Source of the DNA: Candidatus Zixiibacteriota bacterium
GTDB lineage: Bacteria; Zixibacteria; MSB-5A5; DG-27
Assembly (NCBI GenBank): GCA_030605835.1
Contig: JAUWHO010000023.1
Location: 201,834-265,833 of the forward strand
Direction: 5' to 3'
DNA: 64,000 bases
Shown here: positions 1-10,387 of the stretch, one piece after another
Numbering within the stretch: position 1 is the first letter of the stretch
Layout: every line of letters begins with the position of its first letter
Translations under genes and position numbers: made by a program
Notes under the pieces: generated by a model
Seen by the model: only the letters and a program-made list of their open reading frames with translations
Told to the model about the DNA's origin: nothing
The model's database searches: none

Positions 1-1110
1 AAACATCACCTTGATTTTCGAGGGCCCCTCCTTGTGCCGATTCTCTGTTGAGGTGGGCCTTTCTCTCTTCTTTTGAAAAGGAGCTTCCAAAATCCCGCCT
101 AAAAAACCGGAGCCCAACCCGAAGTGGATCACAAAGAAAATCGGCGGGCACAGGAACAGTAGGAGAAACCCTCCCTTCAGGCCAACTGTGACTGAGAAGG
201 CTAGCGTCATCAAAAAGTAAAACGCCCAGATTGATAAGGCTATCTTTGCCAGCAGACCTCCTGTGAATAGAGCCAAGCCGGATAAGGGCAAAAACAGCAC
301 CAAGAAGGCCGGTGGTAACTGCCCGAGCGAAAAACTCCCCGGGTGTTTGGCAAAAAGGAGGAAGCGCCCCAATCCGTAACGGTACATCTGCCGGAAAAGC
401 TGAACTAAATTGCTGCGAGGTTCGTAACAAACCTTCAGCTTCGGGCTAGTGAAACCCCGGTATCCGGCCCGGTGGCAGCGGTAGTTGAATTCGACGTCCT
501 CGCAGGCGTCGAAGCTCTCGTCTATGTAACCAACCTCCTCAAAGAGCCTGCGGGGATAGATCGCCCCAGAGCTGGTGGGATTGACCTCCCCTTCCTGTTC
601 GGTGTATATAGTCGAATCCAGACCGTGCCCCCAGAGAGTCGCCCGACAGCTGGCCACCGCTCCCTGAAAAAGGCTATTTCCGGGAAAATCCAGAGGTTGA
701 GGACGACACAACACCCGCCTATCATCACGTAGATAGAGACGTGATATCTCCCGGAGAAGATAAATGCCGGGAAGATAGCAATGACCATCCACAAAGAGGA
801 TAATCTCTCCCCTGGAGTTCTTAACCCCGATGTTTTTCCCTGCGCCGGAGAGTCTTTTGGGATTGTTGAAGAGCCTGATTTGAGAATTCTGCCGAGAGAA
901 ATTCTCCACCACCTCTTTGGTGTTGTCCTCCGATTCCCCATCAACCACGATTATCTCACATCTCCCCTGAGGATAACTCTGCTTCAGCAGGGATTTGATG
1001 ACTCCACCGACAGAGCTTCCCTCGTTCCTGACCGGGATTACGACCGAGATGAAAGGATATGTCTCGGCTTCGGTTTTTTCGACCCCTCTGTCTACAGTTT
1101 TGGTCTCCAT
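1..1110 (-). CDS. Family 2 glycosyltransferase (ExoA-like) with C-terminal membrane segments; runs off the window, possibly fused to a GT4 domain
   Basis: Not in the ORF track (no stop in window). Manual translation from ATG 1110: METKTVDRG...FISVVIPVRNE...IIVVDGESEDNT...ILFVDGH...FDACEDVEFNYRC...hydrophobic helices...KIKVMF; still open at base 1. Confidence 0.85.
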   Translation of the reverse strand, partial: METKTVDRGVEKTEAETYPFISVVIPVRNEGSSVGGVIKSLLKQSYPQGRCEIIVVDGESEDNTKEVVENFSRQNSQIRLFNNPKRLSGAGKNIGVKNSRGEIILFVDGHCYLPGIYLLREISRLYLRDDRRVLCRPQPLDFPGNSLFQGAVASCRATLWGHGLDSTIYTEQEGEVNPTSSGAIYPRRLFEEVGYIDESFDACEDVEFNYRCHRAGYRGFTSPKLKVCYEPRSNLVQLFRQMYRYGLGRFLLFAKHPGSFSLGQLPPAFLVLFLPLSGLALFTGGLLAKIALSIWAFYFLMTLAFSVTVGLKGGFLLLFLCPPIFFVIHFGLGSGFLGGILEAPFQKKRERPTSTENRHKEGPSKIKVMF

Positions 1111-1161
1111 ACCGGTATTACGTACGCCGTAGCTCCACTGCCGAAACTGTTCTATTGCCCT

Positions 1162-2310
1162 TCAGCAGAGATTACCCTTCCCAACGTCGGCCACCTTCAG
1201 ATACAACTCCTTCAATCTCTCCGCCTGGGCAGAGAAGGAATGGTGTCCGGCAACGAACTCTCTTCCGGCTTCGCCGAGCTGCCTCATCAAATCCGGCTTC
1301 GTCAGAAGTCCGCTCACTCTATCAGCCAGTATCTGGGCGTTACCGGCCTCCACTAAAAGGCCGGTTTTCCCATCCTCAATTATCTCCCTCACTCCTCCTA
1401 CATCTGTGGCTACGACTGCTCTGGCATAAGATAGAGCCTCCAGGATCACGTTCGGCATCCCCTCCGAAAAGGAGGCGTTCACGAGTATGTCCACCTGGGG
1501 CAAATATTGTGAGAAGTTGGGAACAAATCCGGCCAGAATTAGCTTTCGGCTTTGAATTAGAGCTTTGCCCCGGGATTTCAGTCTCTTCCTTTGAGGTCCC
1601 TCCCCGACTAAGAGAAATCGGACGTTGTCGAACTCTCGCTCAAGAATACTTGCCATCGAGAGAAAGATAGAATGTCCCTTCTCCGGGGATAGCCTCCCGC
1701 AGCTGGCAACTAATCTGCAGTCTGGAGGTAGATTATATTTTTGCCTGAGATTGAGATCTAAAGCCTCAGAATCCCGTCGTGATGGCAACTCAACCGCGTT
1801 GGGGATGACTGTTATTCTCTCCTCCGGGATTCCCAATCCCACCAGCTCCAACCTCTTCGCTTCGGAGACGGCGACGATATGTCTGAGTCTGCGCAAAAGC
1901 CTCTTATCCAACCAGTGATAGAATTCCACCTTGAGGTTATCCCCTGTCCAGCCCCGGGAGAATGCGATCTGCTTCACTTCCGTTCCTCTGACCGCGAAGA
2001 ACCCCAGGATATTCGGCCTGTAAGTGTGGGTACAAAGAAGGTCAAGTCTGTTTTCAGTCAGCGCTCGACGGATTCTTCTGACCGAGCCGAAATCGTAGGC
2101 GTTCTTCGTCCAGATTGCCGAGGTCTTTATTCCCCTCTCCCTCGCCCATCGGAGCAATTCGTTTTCACTTCCCCCATCGGTGAAGGAGGCAAGGGTCAGT
2201 TCGAAGAGAGTGAAGTCGAGGTGTTCCGCCTGCCGGAGAATCTGCTTTTCCGGTCCTCCGAAGAAGTTGCAGGCCACCAGATGCATTATCCTGAGCCGGT
2301 CCTTTCTCAC
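1162..2310 (-). CDS. Family 4 glycosyltransferase
   Basis: GGPEKQ N-terminal motif, GRLSPEKG, EGMPNVILEA, ATDVGG. Confidence 0.9.
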   Translation of the reverse strand: MRKDRLRIMHLVACNFFGGPEKQILRQAEHLDFTLFELTLASFTDGGSENELLRWARERGIKTSAIWTKNAYDFGSVRRIRRALTENRLDLLCTHTYRPNILGFFAVRGTEVKQIAFSRGWTGDNLKVEFYHWLDKRLLRRLRHIVAVSEAKRLELVGLGIPEERITVIPNAVELPSRRDSEALDLNLRQKYNLPPDCRLVASCGRLSPEKGHSIFLSMASILEREFDNVRFLLVGEGPQRKRLKSRGKALIQSRKLILAGFVPNFSQYLPQVDILVNASFSEGMPNVILEALSYARAVVATDVGGVREIIEDGKTGLLVEAGNAQILADRVSGLLTKPDLMRQLGEAGREFVAGHHSFSAQAERLKELYLKVADVGKGNLC

Positions 2311-2317
2311 TCTAACC

Positions 2318-3517
2318 TCACTCTCTGGCGGTTCTGACCCATCTGCCCTTGTTGAAGCCTACCAGCGCCAGAAGCTGGACTATCCCCAGATAGAACCCGA
2401 AGAAAGGGGCCATCAGAAATGACCTCAAAGCCTTCTTCTTCTCTTTCTCGAAGGGGATTGCCAGGAGGAAATAGGAGATAAGCAGAAAGATAGAGAGCAG
2501 GTTCAAGACCAAAAAAGGTAGAGATAGAGCTGCAGGCAGAAGGAGGAGAGCAGAAAACAGCAGAATCAAGGACAGATACAGGAGAAGGGGACGACTGAGG
2601 GTTAGAAAACCAAGGCTCGCCTCCAACAGATCCCGCCTCTTCCGGAAGACCCCCTTCCAGAGGAACTTCGGTATGTATTTGAAGCAAACCCCGAAGGTGC
2701 CCGAAGCCCAGCGGATGCGTTGGGAAAAGGAACTGGCGAGATCGGGAGGTGTTGCCGCCACCACTCCGGTCTCTATGGCAAATTCGATTTTCTCTCCGGA
2801 ATCCAAGAGTCTGGCAGTATACTCCAGATCCTCCACAACTGATCTCTCATTGAAGGGAAATTCCTCTAACAATTCCCTGCTGAAGCCCATGCCGTTGCCC
2901 CGCAAGAATGTGGAGATGCCGAGCTTCCGCCTGCCGCCGTAGAAAAGCAGGTTTTCCGCAGTATTTCCTACCTCCTGCAGGATTCCGAAGGGGGTATTCT
3001 CCTCCCCCCTTATTCGGTAGGGGACTTGAACCGCCCGATGACCGGCGCAGAAATAGTCGTTCAATGCCTCCAGGAAATTCGGCTCTACGGTGGTATCGGC
3101 ATCGATGATAGCAACAGCGTCAAATTTCTCCAGATCAATCCTCTCCAAACCCCATCTCAGAGCATTGTTTTTCCCGCGGAGAGTCGGTTCCTCTCGAACC
3201 AGACAGTCGGCGCCGCAAGTCACCGCCACCTCAGAGGTGTTGTCGGTGCAGTTGTCGGCGATGACGAAGATAGAGAGGAGCTCCTCGGGGTAGAGACAGG
3301 ACGTCAGACTCCCTATTGTCTGAGAGAGATGTGCGCCCTCGTTGTGGGCGGGAATAATTACTGCGAAACTCGTCTCGGGGGGATAATAGTAGGGAGGGCG
3401 TTCATCTTTCGCATAATAGACCGCAGCTAAGAACAAGAGGTAGGAGGTCAGGCCTACGACACAGAGCGTAAGCGACACTATTGCAAACCACAAAAGGTAG
3501 GTAAGCATAATGCTCAC
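2318..3517 (-). CDS. Family 2 glycosyltransferase, processive membrane type
   Basis: IPAHNE, ADNCTD, IIDAD, VEDLE, QRIRW motifs; flanking TM helices. Confidence 0.9.
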   Translation of the reverse strand: MSIMLTYLLWFAIVSLTLCVVGLTSYLLFLAAVYYAKDERPPYYYPPETSFAVIIPAHNEGAHLSQTIGSLTSCLYPEELLSIFVIADNCTDNTSEVAVTCGADCLVREEPTLRGKNNALRWGLERIDLEKFDAVAIIDADTTVEPNFLEALNDYFCAGHRAVQVPYRIRGEENTPFGILQEVGNTAENLLFYGGRRKLGISTFLRGNGMGFSRELLEEFPFNERSVVEDLEYTARLLDSGEKIEFAIETGVVAATPPDLASSFSQRIRWASGTFGVCFKYIPKFLWKGVFRKRRDLLEASLGFLTLSRPLLLYLSLILLFSALLLLPAALSLPFLVLNLLSIFLLISYFLLAIPFEKEKKKALRSFLMAPFFGFYLGIVQLLALVGFNKGRWVRTARE

Positions 3518-3564
3518 AATTTGAGCAACAGCATCTTTCCTTTTTTTCTACCACTTCGCTCTCT

Positions 3565-4578
3565 TTATATCGACAGCTTTTTCTCTTCCGCCACGACCTT
3601 AAGGGCGCTCGGTTCCTGCCTTTCCGTGAGCCATTTGACGAACCTGGTGACTCCCTCCTCGAAGCTCACCCCGGGCTCATAATCCAAAAGCCGCTCTGCC
3701 TTTGAGATGTCGGCCCAGATGGCCTCCATCTCCACCGGCTGTGGAGGCAGATATTCGACTTTCGCCTTTAAAGTGGTCTTTCTCTCTAAAGTGCTTACCA
3801 CTTCCGAAATCTGGACCGGACGCCCGCTTCCGAGGTTGATGACCTCAAAGGGGAACCTCTTCTTCAGGACAGAGATTATCCCCTCGATGACGTCATCGAT
3901 GTAAACGTAGTCTCTCCTCAAGCTGCCATCCCCGAAGATGGTTATCTCCTCCCCTTTGAACATCTTCTCCGCAAAAGATCTGATCGCCATCTTCGGCCTC
4001 TGCCTGGGCCCGTAGACGGTGAAGAGGCGCAGACAGGTGACACTCATCCCGCATAATCTGCGATAGGTTTGGCAAAGAAACTCCCCCGCGAGTTTGGTGG
4101 CGGCATAGGGAGAAAGGGGGACACCGCTTTCGGCATCCTCCGCGAAGGGGAGCTTGGGTCCCTCCCCGTAGACTGGGGCGGAGGAGGCAAAGACGAAGTT
4201 CTTCACCCCAAATTTGCGGCAGCATTCCAGAAGCTGCGCGGTTCCGTTGACGTTCACCTCCCCGTACCCCACCGGGTCTTTTAGTGAACAGCTCTCGCCA
4301 GTGCGGGCCGCCAGATGGATCACGGTGTCTATGTCGAACTTGGAGAAAAGACCTTCTAAGAGGAAACCCTGCCGGAGATCAGCCTCCAGAAGAGAGAAGC
4401 TCGGGTTGTCCAGAGCCGTCCCTATGTTCTCTCGTTTCAAAGCCGGGTCGTAGCTGCCGTCAAAGCTGTCCAAGCAAACCACCTCAAAGCCCTCCTGAAG
4501 CAACCTCTCGACCAGATGCGACCCGATGAAGCCAGCCCCACCGGTGACTAAGTATGTCATCTTCTGCCCTCCGCTCAT
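3565..4578 (-). CDS. NAD-dependent nucleotide-sugar epimerase/dehydratase (UDP-glucuronate 4-epimerase-like)
   Basis: TGGAGFIG, HLAA, YAATK, LRLFTVYGPRQRP. Confidence 0.88.
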   Translation of the reverse strand: MSGGQKMTYLVTGGAGFIGSHLVERLLQEGFEVVCLDSFDGSYDPALKRENIGTALDNPSFSLLEADLRQGFLLEGLFSKFDIDTVIHLAARTGESCSLKDPVGYGEVNVNGTAQLLECCRKFGVKNFVFASSAPVYGEGPKLPFAEDAESGVPLSPYAATKLAGEFLCQTYRRLCGMSVTCLRLFTVYGPRQRPKMAIRSFAEKMFKGEEITIFGDGSLRRDYVYIDDVIEGIISVLKKRFPFEVINLGSGRPVQISEVVSTLERKTTLKAKVEYLPPQPVEMEAIWADISKAERLLDYEPGVSFEEGVTRFVKWLTERQEPSALKVVAEEKKLSI

Positions 4579-4600
4579 TGACTTCGTTTATAGCCTCACT

Positions 4601-5968
4601 TCAATAAAACGGATTCTTCACCTTGCAGATCGTGAACCGGTATTTCCCGGAGCTCTCCTTCGGAATCTCATCGACAAATTCCCAGCTATACCTCATCTTT
4701 TGGCCGAAGTAGCTCGGTAATTCCCGCTTGAAAATCCTCACGCTCTCCTCGGAGTAGCCTTGCCCTTTGACGATTTTGAAGTGGAGGTGGTCGATTTCCT
4801 CCTGGATTATCTGGACCTGTTTGAATCCGGGAATGTGAATCGTCAAGTTGTCCAAGACTGATATGCCGAAGACCAATCTCCCCTCCGGGGTCACGATGAA
4901 ATCGGAGGTCCGGCCCCCGACCTCCTGCAGAAGCGGTAAGCCCCGTCCACAGGGACACAGACTCTCCGAGAGAAGGCCAACGTCCTCGACTCTGTATCTG
5001 ATGATCGGCATTCCATAATTCGTCAAATCCGTGAGCAGAATCCCACCTGATGAATTCTTGCCTGACTTACCCTCTTTGACAACCTCTACATAGACTCCTT
5101 CGGCGTTGAGGTGGAGCCCGTTGTGTTTTTCGCACTCACTGGCGATGAGGCTGGTCTCCTCACAACCATAGCGGTCGAAGACCTCACAACAAAAAACTCT
5201 CTTCATCGTCTGCCTCTCCTTTTCAGACAGCGCCATGGCGGTGGAGATGACGGAGGCGAACTCGATTCCTCCTATCCCTTCGCTTTCCATGAAGCGAGCG
5301 AAGATATAAATCGAACGGGCATGCCCCAAAAGATACCTCGGTTTGAACGATCTTATCTCAGAGACGAAGGCCCTCATGGACTCCTCGTCCATCCTCAGGG
5401 TGTCCAGAAAGATGGCCCTCTCCACTAAGAGATTGCGAAGAAACGCTTTTCTCGACTTGTAGATATCGGGGTTTCCCCAGATCATGGCGATTTTATCTCC
5501 CCGCTCGTAACCGCTCCAGCGGTTGTGCCTGATGGTGGCGGCCCTTTTGAAATCCATTCCTCTTTTGTCCACGTAAAGGTGTAGAGGCACCCCGGTTGAG
5601 CCTCCGGTCCTCTTGTGAATCAACTTCCCCCTGGGGATATTCGTCGCCAACATCTCCTGGAGGTTGCTTTTGATTTCCTCCTTGGTCAGAATGGGAATGA
5701 TCTCGAAATCCTCCCATGATTTTATCTCTTCGGGAGTAAGTCTCAACTCCTCGAATCGCCTTCTGTAGAAGGGCGAGAATAGATAGGCGTGCTGGAGGAG
5801 ATCTTTCAATCGCTCCCACTGCAGCTCTCTGAGCTTCTCAGCAGGCCAATATTGGGAGGTCTCGTATGCCTTCAGGATCTCCCCATATCGATGCCCATCT
5901 TTCAAATTCCAGAGGGGGATGATGACTCTCTTCGCTGCTGGAGTATAAACGTCCATCTGAGTTCTCAC
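4601..5968 (-). CDS. CapK/phenylacetate-CoA ligase-like adenylate-forming enzyme
   Basis: TGGSTGVP loop, YGCEE, PIIRYRVED, CPCGR, SGKYR; polysaccharide-cluster context. Confidence 0.85.
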   Translation of the reverse strand: MRTQMDVYTPAAKRVIIPLWNLKDGHRYGEILKAYETSQYWPAEKLRELQWERLKDLLQHAYLFSPFYRRRFEELRLTPEEIKSWEDFEIIPILTKEEIKSNLQEMLATNIPRGKLIHKRTGGSTGVPLHLYVDKRGMDFKRAATIRHNRWSGYERGDKIAMIWGNPDIYKSRKAFLRNLLVERAIFLDTLRMDEESMRAFVSEIRSFKPRYLLGHARSIYIFARFMESEGIGGIEFASVISTAMALSEKERQTMKRVFCCEVFDRYGCEETSLIASECEKHNGLHLNAEGVYVEVVKEGKSGKNSSGGILLTDLTNYGMPIIRYRVEDVGLLSESLCPCGRGLPLLQEVGGRTSDFIVTPEGRLVFGISVLDNLTIHIPGFKQVQIIQEEIDHLHFKIVKGQGYSEESVRIFKRELPSYFGQKMRYSWEFVDEIPKESSGKYRFTICKVKNPFY

Positions 5969-7350
5969 CGATATTCCTTAAGTCTCAGTTTGGACAAATA
6001 CCCGATGACCACCACCATGGCTCCCATCATATACCAGGTGTAGCGATAGAGGTTGTGACCGAAGATGCCGGTGACGAAGAGGGGAATCAGGCACCCCTCC
6101 ACCGCAAAGGTCAGGTAATAGAGGTAGCTTTTGCCCTTCCCGCTTTTCAGGATTCTCTCGCGGGCACGATAGTTCAACAGCAGAATCTGGGAGAGGAGCA
6201 GGAAAAAGGCCAAAGTCCCCACTATCCCCAGCTCCGAGAGGAGCTGAACATAGAGGCTGTGAGGGTTCTGCCAGTTGCCGAAGCGTTCCCCTCTGGCGGC
6301 GGAGAAGGAGCCAGCTCCGACGCCGATTATGGGGCGCTCGAAGAAAAGCTCCATCCCCTCCCCCCAGGTCTGGAGACGAAGCCGCGCAGATTCGTCTCTC
6401 TCCCGCGAGAACGTGCTTTCGTATCGCCTCTGATAGGAGGAACCCATCGTCAGCCAACCGGTGACGGCCACCGTGACGATAATAGACGCGGTCAACATTT
6501 TCCTCGGGCTTCTCCACCAGATGTAGATGATGACCGCGAACAGCCCCAGAAGTCCAGAGCGGGAGCCGGTCAAAATCGTTGTGGTCAGAAACAGTCCTAT
6601 AAGCGAGATCGAAAAAAGTCTTGTTAGAAATCTCTTGCTGGCGAAGAGGCCAAAATACAAGAAAGGGAGAGTAGAGACCAAAGTCGCCGCCAGGCTGTTG
6701 TAATTGTCGGCGGCGGAGTTGGTGCCGGTGGCCCTGACGATGTCGATCTTCACCACCGCCTTCCCCAAGAGATACAATCGCAGCGAATCGAAGGCCAAAT
6801 AGGAAATCAAAAGCACAAACAGCCAGACGAACGCTTTTAACCGCCGCTCCGATTCCACAAGCCCGATTATCAAGAAGTAAAAGACTGCGATCTTGCCGAA
6901 CTCTATCGACTGACCGACGCTGGCCGTTTTCCAGAAAGCGGTGGGCACCGAGAGCAACACCACCCCGAAGAGAAAGAGGAAGCAGTAGTTGATTCGGTCG
7001 TGGGTTATGCGGAACTCCCCATGTTTCAATTTGTTGTGGAGGAGCATCACAACGAAGACCAAAACTCCTAAGATCCGCTCCAGGTGTAACGGCGCCAGGG
7101 CAGGGAAGAGCTCTCCGGGTCGCAGCAGGAAAACAACCAGATAGGACAAAAGCCCCAGGTAGGGATAGTAAAAAATGGCGCCGGCAATTCCGATCACCAG
7201 CAGGCCCGCAAATATCAGGAGGGGATCGAGGAAAAGGAGCAGAACTCCAGTCACAATCGAGAATAGAATCAAGAAGAGGTAGCGGAAAACATTCCGATCC
7301 AGCTCCCTGGGAGGATAATGCGGTAACTGTGTGTATGTTTCCATCGACAT
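5965..7350 (-). CDS. O-antigen ligase/Wzy-family membrane protein
   Basis: Many TM helices; TGSRSG, GVGAGSF, NPHSLYVQLLSELG. Confidence 0.85.
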   Translation of the reverse strand: MSMETYTQLPHYPPRELDRNVFRYLFLILFSIVTGVLLLFLDPLLIFAGLLVIGIAGAIFYYPYLGLLSYLVVFLLRPGELFPALAPLHLERILGVLVFVVMLLHNKLKHGEFRITHDRINYCFLFLFGVVLLSVPTAFWKTASVGQSIEFGKIAVFYFLIIGLVESERRLKAFVWLFVLLISYLAFDSLRLYLLGKAVVKIDIVRATGTNSAADNYNSLAATLVSTLPFLYFGLFASKRFLTRLFSISLIGLFLTTTILTGSRSGLLGLFAVIIYIWWRSPRKMLTASIIVTVAVTGWLTMGSSYQRRYESTFSRERDESARLRLQTWGEGMELFFERPIIGVGAGSFSAARGERFGNWQNPHSLYVQLLSELGIVGTLAFFLLLSQILLLNYRARERILKSGKGKSYLYYLTFAVEGCLIPLFVTGIFGHNLYRYTWYMMGAMVVVIGYLSKLRLKEYR

Positions 7351-7365
7351 TTGGATCCAGTGGGT

Positions 7366-8757
7366 CTAAGTCGACCCGTAAGCCGTTTCCAGACTCCGTC
7401 TTGGTTGGACCTCTCCCGCCGGTCGGCGGCAAACCAGGCGGTCAAATATTTCTGCCAACTCCGCGGCCAGATGCCGCCGATGATATTTCTCGATCTCACT
7501 TGAATTGGATCGGCTCTGGAATCGATTTCCCTTCAGATAATCTTCGTAGTACTGTTTGATGCTCAGTCCGACCTCCTTGACATCCGGGGAGGTAATTACC
7601 GTTCCGGCATCGTGAGAACGGATCATCTCCGCGGTTTCACCCTCGCTGACTAAGGCCAATATCGGCTTCCCGGTGAATAGGTATTCGAAGAGCTTCGCCG
7701 GGATGATCCCGGCAGCTTTGGGATCATGACCCAGAATCAACAGAAGCAGATGCGAGGAAAAAGCGAGCCTCAAAGCCTGCCGCCGGGGCTGATGAGGTCG
7801 ACACTCCACCACCTCCGACAGATCGAGTTCTCTCATCCGTTCTAATATCGTCTCTTCGATATTGCCGACGAAGAGCACCTTGACTCTCTCTTTTGCCTCT
7901 GGATGTCCCTGAAGAAAAAGCCTCAACCCCTTCAAAAACTCAATCGGCTGCCGCCGACCGTACAGACTCCCGAGGTGGGTGATGGTGAATTTCTCGAAGT
8001 TGTAAGGCTCTAATCCTTGAAAATCCTCGGGGTCGTAACCATTCGGGATGGTCGAGATTCTGGAGAGCGGAAGGTGGTTGAATTTCCATCTGAAAGCCTC
8101 TGCCACCGAGCGGGTGTTGGCGACGAGGTGATCGCAGCCGTTGACAACCAGTCTCTCCAGATAAGCCTCCAACTGCTTCATCTTGGGGGTGGTCGCCTTC
8201 TCTTGAAAATATTCGTTCAGAGTCCAGGGGTCACGGAAGTCAGCCACCCAGGGGAGGCCGGAAAACCGCTTCAAGAAATACCCGATCAGATGAGTCGAGT
8301 GTGGCGGGCTGGAGGTGTAAATGAGGTCTATTTCCTCCTCCCTCAGGATCTTTCTCCCCTCAGCCAGAGCAAAGGGGAGCCATAAGGCTTGTTTATCCGG
8401 CGTCGAGAGCCAACCGGCAACATAGGACCGTAGCCTCTGGAAAAGGCTTTTGCTGTCAGCCTGAGTCTGGTTTTGTCCAGCGCAAGCATCAGCAGGACCG
8501 GAGCGTTTCCGCCTCCCCTGCTGAAAATTCTCATAAGTTATGAGTGGCTCAAACGTTCTGGTGCGATAGACTTTAGTGCCACGAGGCAGGTCCGAGAGAA
8601 GGGACTCATCGTAGGCCCAATCCTTCCCCCCTTTGATGGTCAGGACTACCGGTTCCCACCCGAACTCCGGAAGGAACTTGCAGAATTTCAAGGTGCGATA
8701 CACACCCACCACCGACATCGGGGGGAACGCGTATGTAATCACGAGGACTTTTTTCAT
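7366..8757 (-). CDS. Family 4 glycosyltransferase
   Basis: YAFPP, GWEPVVLT, SSPPHSTH, ADFRDPW, PAKLFEYL. Confidence 0.88.
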   Translation of the reverse strand: MKKVLVITYAFPPMSVVGVYRTLKFCKFLPEFGWEPVVLTIKGGKDWAYDESLLSDLPRGTKVYRTRTFEPLITYENFQQGRRKRSGPADACAGQNQTQADSKSLFQRLRSYVAGWLSTPDKQALWLPFALAEGRKILREEEIDLIYTSSPPHSTHLIGYFLKRFSGLPWVADFRDPWTLNEYFQEKATTPKMKQLEAYLERLVVNGCDHLVANTRSVAEAFRWKFNHLPLSRISTIPNGYDPEDFQGLEPYNFEKFTITHLGSLYGRRQPIEFLKGLRLFLQGHPEAKERVKVLFVGNIEETILERMRELDLSEVVECRPHQPRRQALRLAFSSHLLLLILGHDPKAAGIIPAKLFEYLFTGKPILALVSEGETAEMIRSHDAGTVITSPDVKEVGLSIKQYYEDYLKGNRFQSRSNSSEIEKYHRRHLAAELAEIFDRLVCRRPAGEVQPRRSLETAYGST

Positions 8758-8761
8758 GAAC

Positions 8762-10252
8762 TCAGGCCCTTCCGAAAACCGCCTTCAAGGTCACCCACCT
8801 CTTGATGATCTCTTCATCCCTGGGAGTCAACATCTTCAGGAGTTTCAGGAAACCTATGTAGATAACCGCATAGGCTGACCCCACCAGGAGCAGTTTCCCC
8901 AGACCGGAAGCTTGATATGCCATCAGAAAATAAATCAACCAGCCACAAGCGAAAGCCAATGTGAATTGCTTCAACAGTACCCTCCAGGGGAATACCCCTT
9001 TTATGTCGACCTTCAAGATGTTCTTTATCACCACCAGGTAATAGCTCACTCCGGTAAAGCGGGTGATGATCGTCGCCACCGCCGGGCCCCGAGGGCCCAT
9101 AAACTTCACCAGGATGAGGCTTAAAGACAGGTTCAGGGTAAGTTCCATCAAGGTCACATACAGTATATGTTTGGTATTCTTGGTCGCCCTCAGGATGCTT
9201 CCGTAGGCGGTGATTTGGGTCGGCAAGAGGAGAAGATATATCTTGAAAATGGAGCTGCTCGCCAGATAGGTATCCGTGAATAGCGCCGTAATCACCTCCC
9301 GCGCGAAGAAAAAGCACAGGGAGAAGATGGCAAACATTATCAGAGCGACTTGGCGGATCGATTCGTGCCACAGTTTTAACACCTCCTCGCTTTTCCCTTC
9401 CTTGTAAAACTCTACATATCTGGGCAGCAAAATCCCACCAAGGGTGTAGGCGAAGATGTTCACGAAGGGGAGCTGCATCGCCCCGCGGTCGTAGATGGCA
9501 TACTCCTTAGGGGTATAGAAGAAACTGATGACGAACCTGTCCACCGCCCGGGCTAAGGTCCCGGAGAGACGTGAACCCCCAATCGGTGCTGAGTATTTCA
9601 GCTGTTCCCTCAGATTGTCCCCCTTCCGAAGGCTTCCGATCTCCCCGGAGAGTTTCAAGATGTAACCCAGAAGGAATATTGCTTGAGCGAAATAGTAGAC
9701 CAGCATTGAGGTTAGGATTCCCTTCAGGGGCATCCCTAAGAATACTGGGATTGACACGAAGAGGAAGAAAAGGGCACTGAAGATGACATTTACTAAAGCC
9801 AAGGATTTACCTTTTCCGAGAGAGAGGAAGGTGGAGTCCAGCATCTGGTAGGAGGCCAGGCCGATGAAGTAGAAGCCAAAGATCAAAGCCAGCTCAGCCA
9901 ATCTGGGGTTGTTCATCCACTGCCCCAGGGGATTTCTGACGGCGATGATGACTATAGTGGTGACAATCCCCAGGAGGTTCAAAAGCAGTAGGGTCCTTAA
10001 CAGGAAGCGCTTCTTGTTCTCGCTTCGGGGCAGAAAATAGTAGATCGAATCCGGCAGGCCGAAGGCGATGAAAATAGAAACGGTAATGCAGATTAGCATG
10101 ACCTGCTGGTAGGTGCCGTAATCGGAGAGGTCCATCCTGCGAGTCAAGATCATCGCCAATGCCAAGATCGATATTGGCTCGAAGAACTTGCTTATGATTA
10201 CGAAGATGGCCTGGTCGGCTAACTTAGTTTTCGACATGTCGCTCTGCCCCAA
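8762..10252 (-). CDS. Wzx-type polysaccharide flippase (start may be ATG 10237)
   Basis: About 12-14 TM helices, DYGTY, FGLP; cluster context. Confidence 0.85.
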   Translation of the reverse strand: MGQSDMSKTKLADQAIFVIISKFFEPISILALAMILTRRMDLSDYGTYQQVMLICITVSIFIAFGLPDSIYYFLPRSENKKRFLLRTLLLLNLLGIVTTIVIIAVRNPLGQWMNNPRLAELALIFGFYFIGLASYQMLDSTFLSLGKGKSLALVNVIFSALFFLFVSIPVFLGMPLKGILTSMLVYYFAQAIFLLGYILKLSGEIGSLRKGDNLREQLKYSAPIGGSRLSGTLARAVDRFVISFFYTPKEYAIYDRGAMQLPFVNIFAYTLGGILLPRYVEFYKEGKSEEVLKLWHESIRQVALIMFAIFSLCFFFAREVITALFTDTYLASSSIFKIYLLLLPTQITAYGSILRATKNTKHILYVTLMELTLNLSLSLILVKFMGPRGPAVATIITRFTGVSYYLVVIKNILKVDIKGVFPWRVLLKQFTLAFACGWLIYFLMAYQASGLGKLLLVGSAYAVIYIGFLKLLKMLTPRDEEIIKRWVTLKAVFGRA

Positions 10253-10255
10253 TAC

Positions 10256-10281
10256 AAAAGCCGCCCCGTGCGGGGCTTTTC
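10256..10281 (-). terminator. GC-rich hairpin with short U tract just upstream of the flippase
   Basis: AAAAGCCCCG-CA-CGGGGCGGCTTTT on the minus strand. Confidence 0.4.
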
Positions 10282-10387
10282 ATCCTCCCAAAGGCATTAT
10301 CGGAAAGGGGAGAGTTGCTCTTAAGGGTCGTGGTTCAGGGGTTGTCAGGCAGGAATGCCTGACCTATTCAGGGTGCAGGCAGAGAGC

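Noticed and set aside
1111..1164. GT4 TGA stop is in frame with the next GT2 across 17 sense codons (possible selenocysteine or readthrough)
   Set aside because: Non-catalytic linker position, no convincing SECIS hairpin, and plausible by chance
5978..7432. 484-aa alternative-frame ORF
   Set aside because: Shadow of the O-antigen ligase gene with no recognisable motifs; the same applies to the many antisense ORFs in the track
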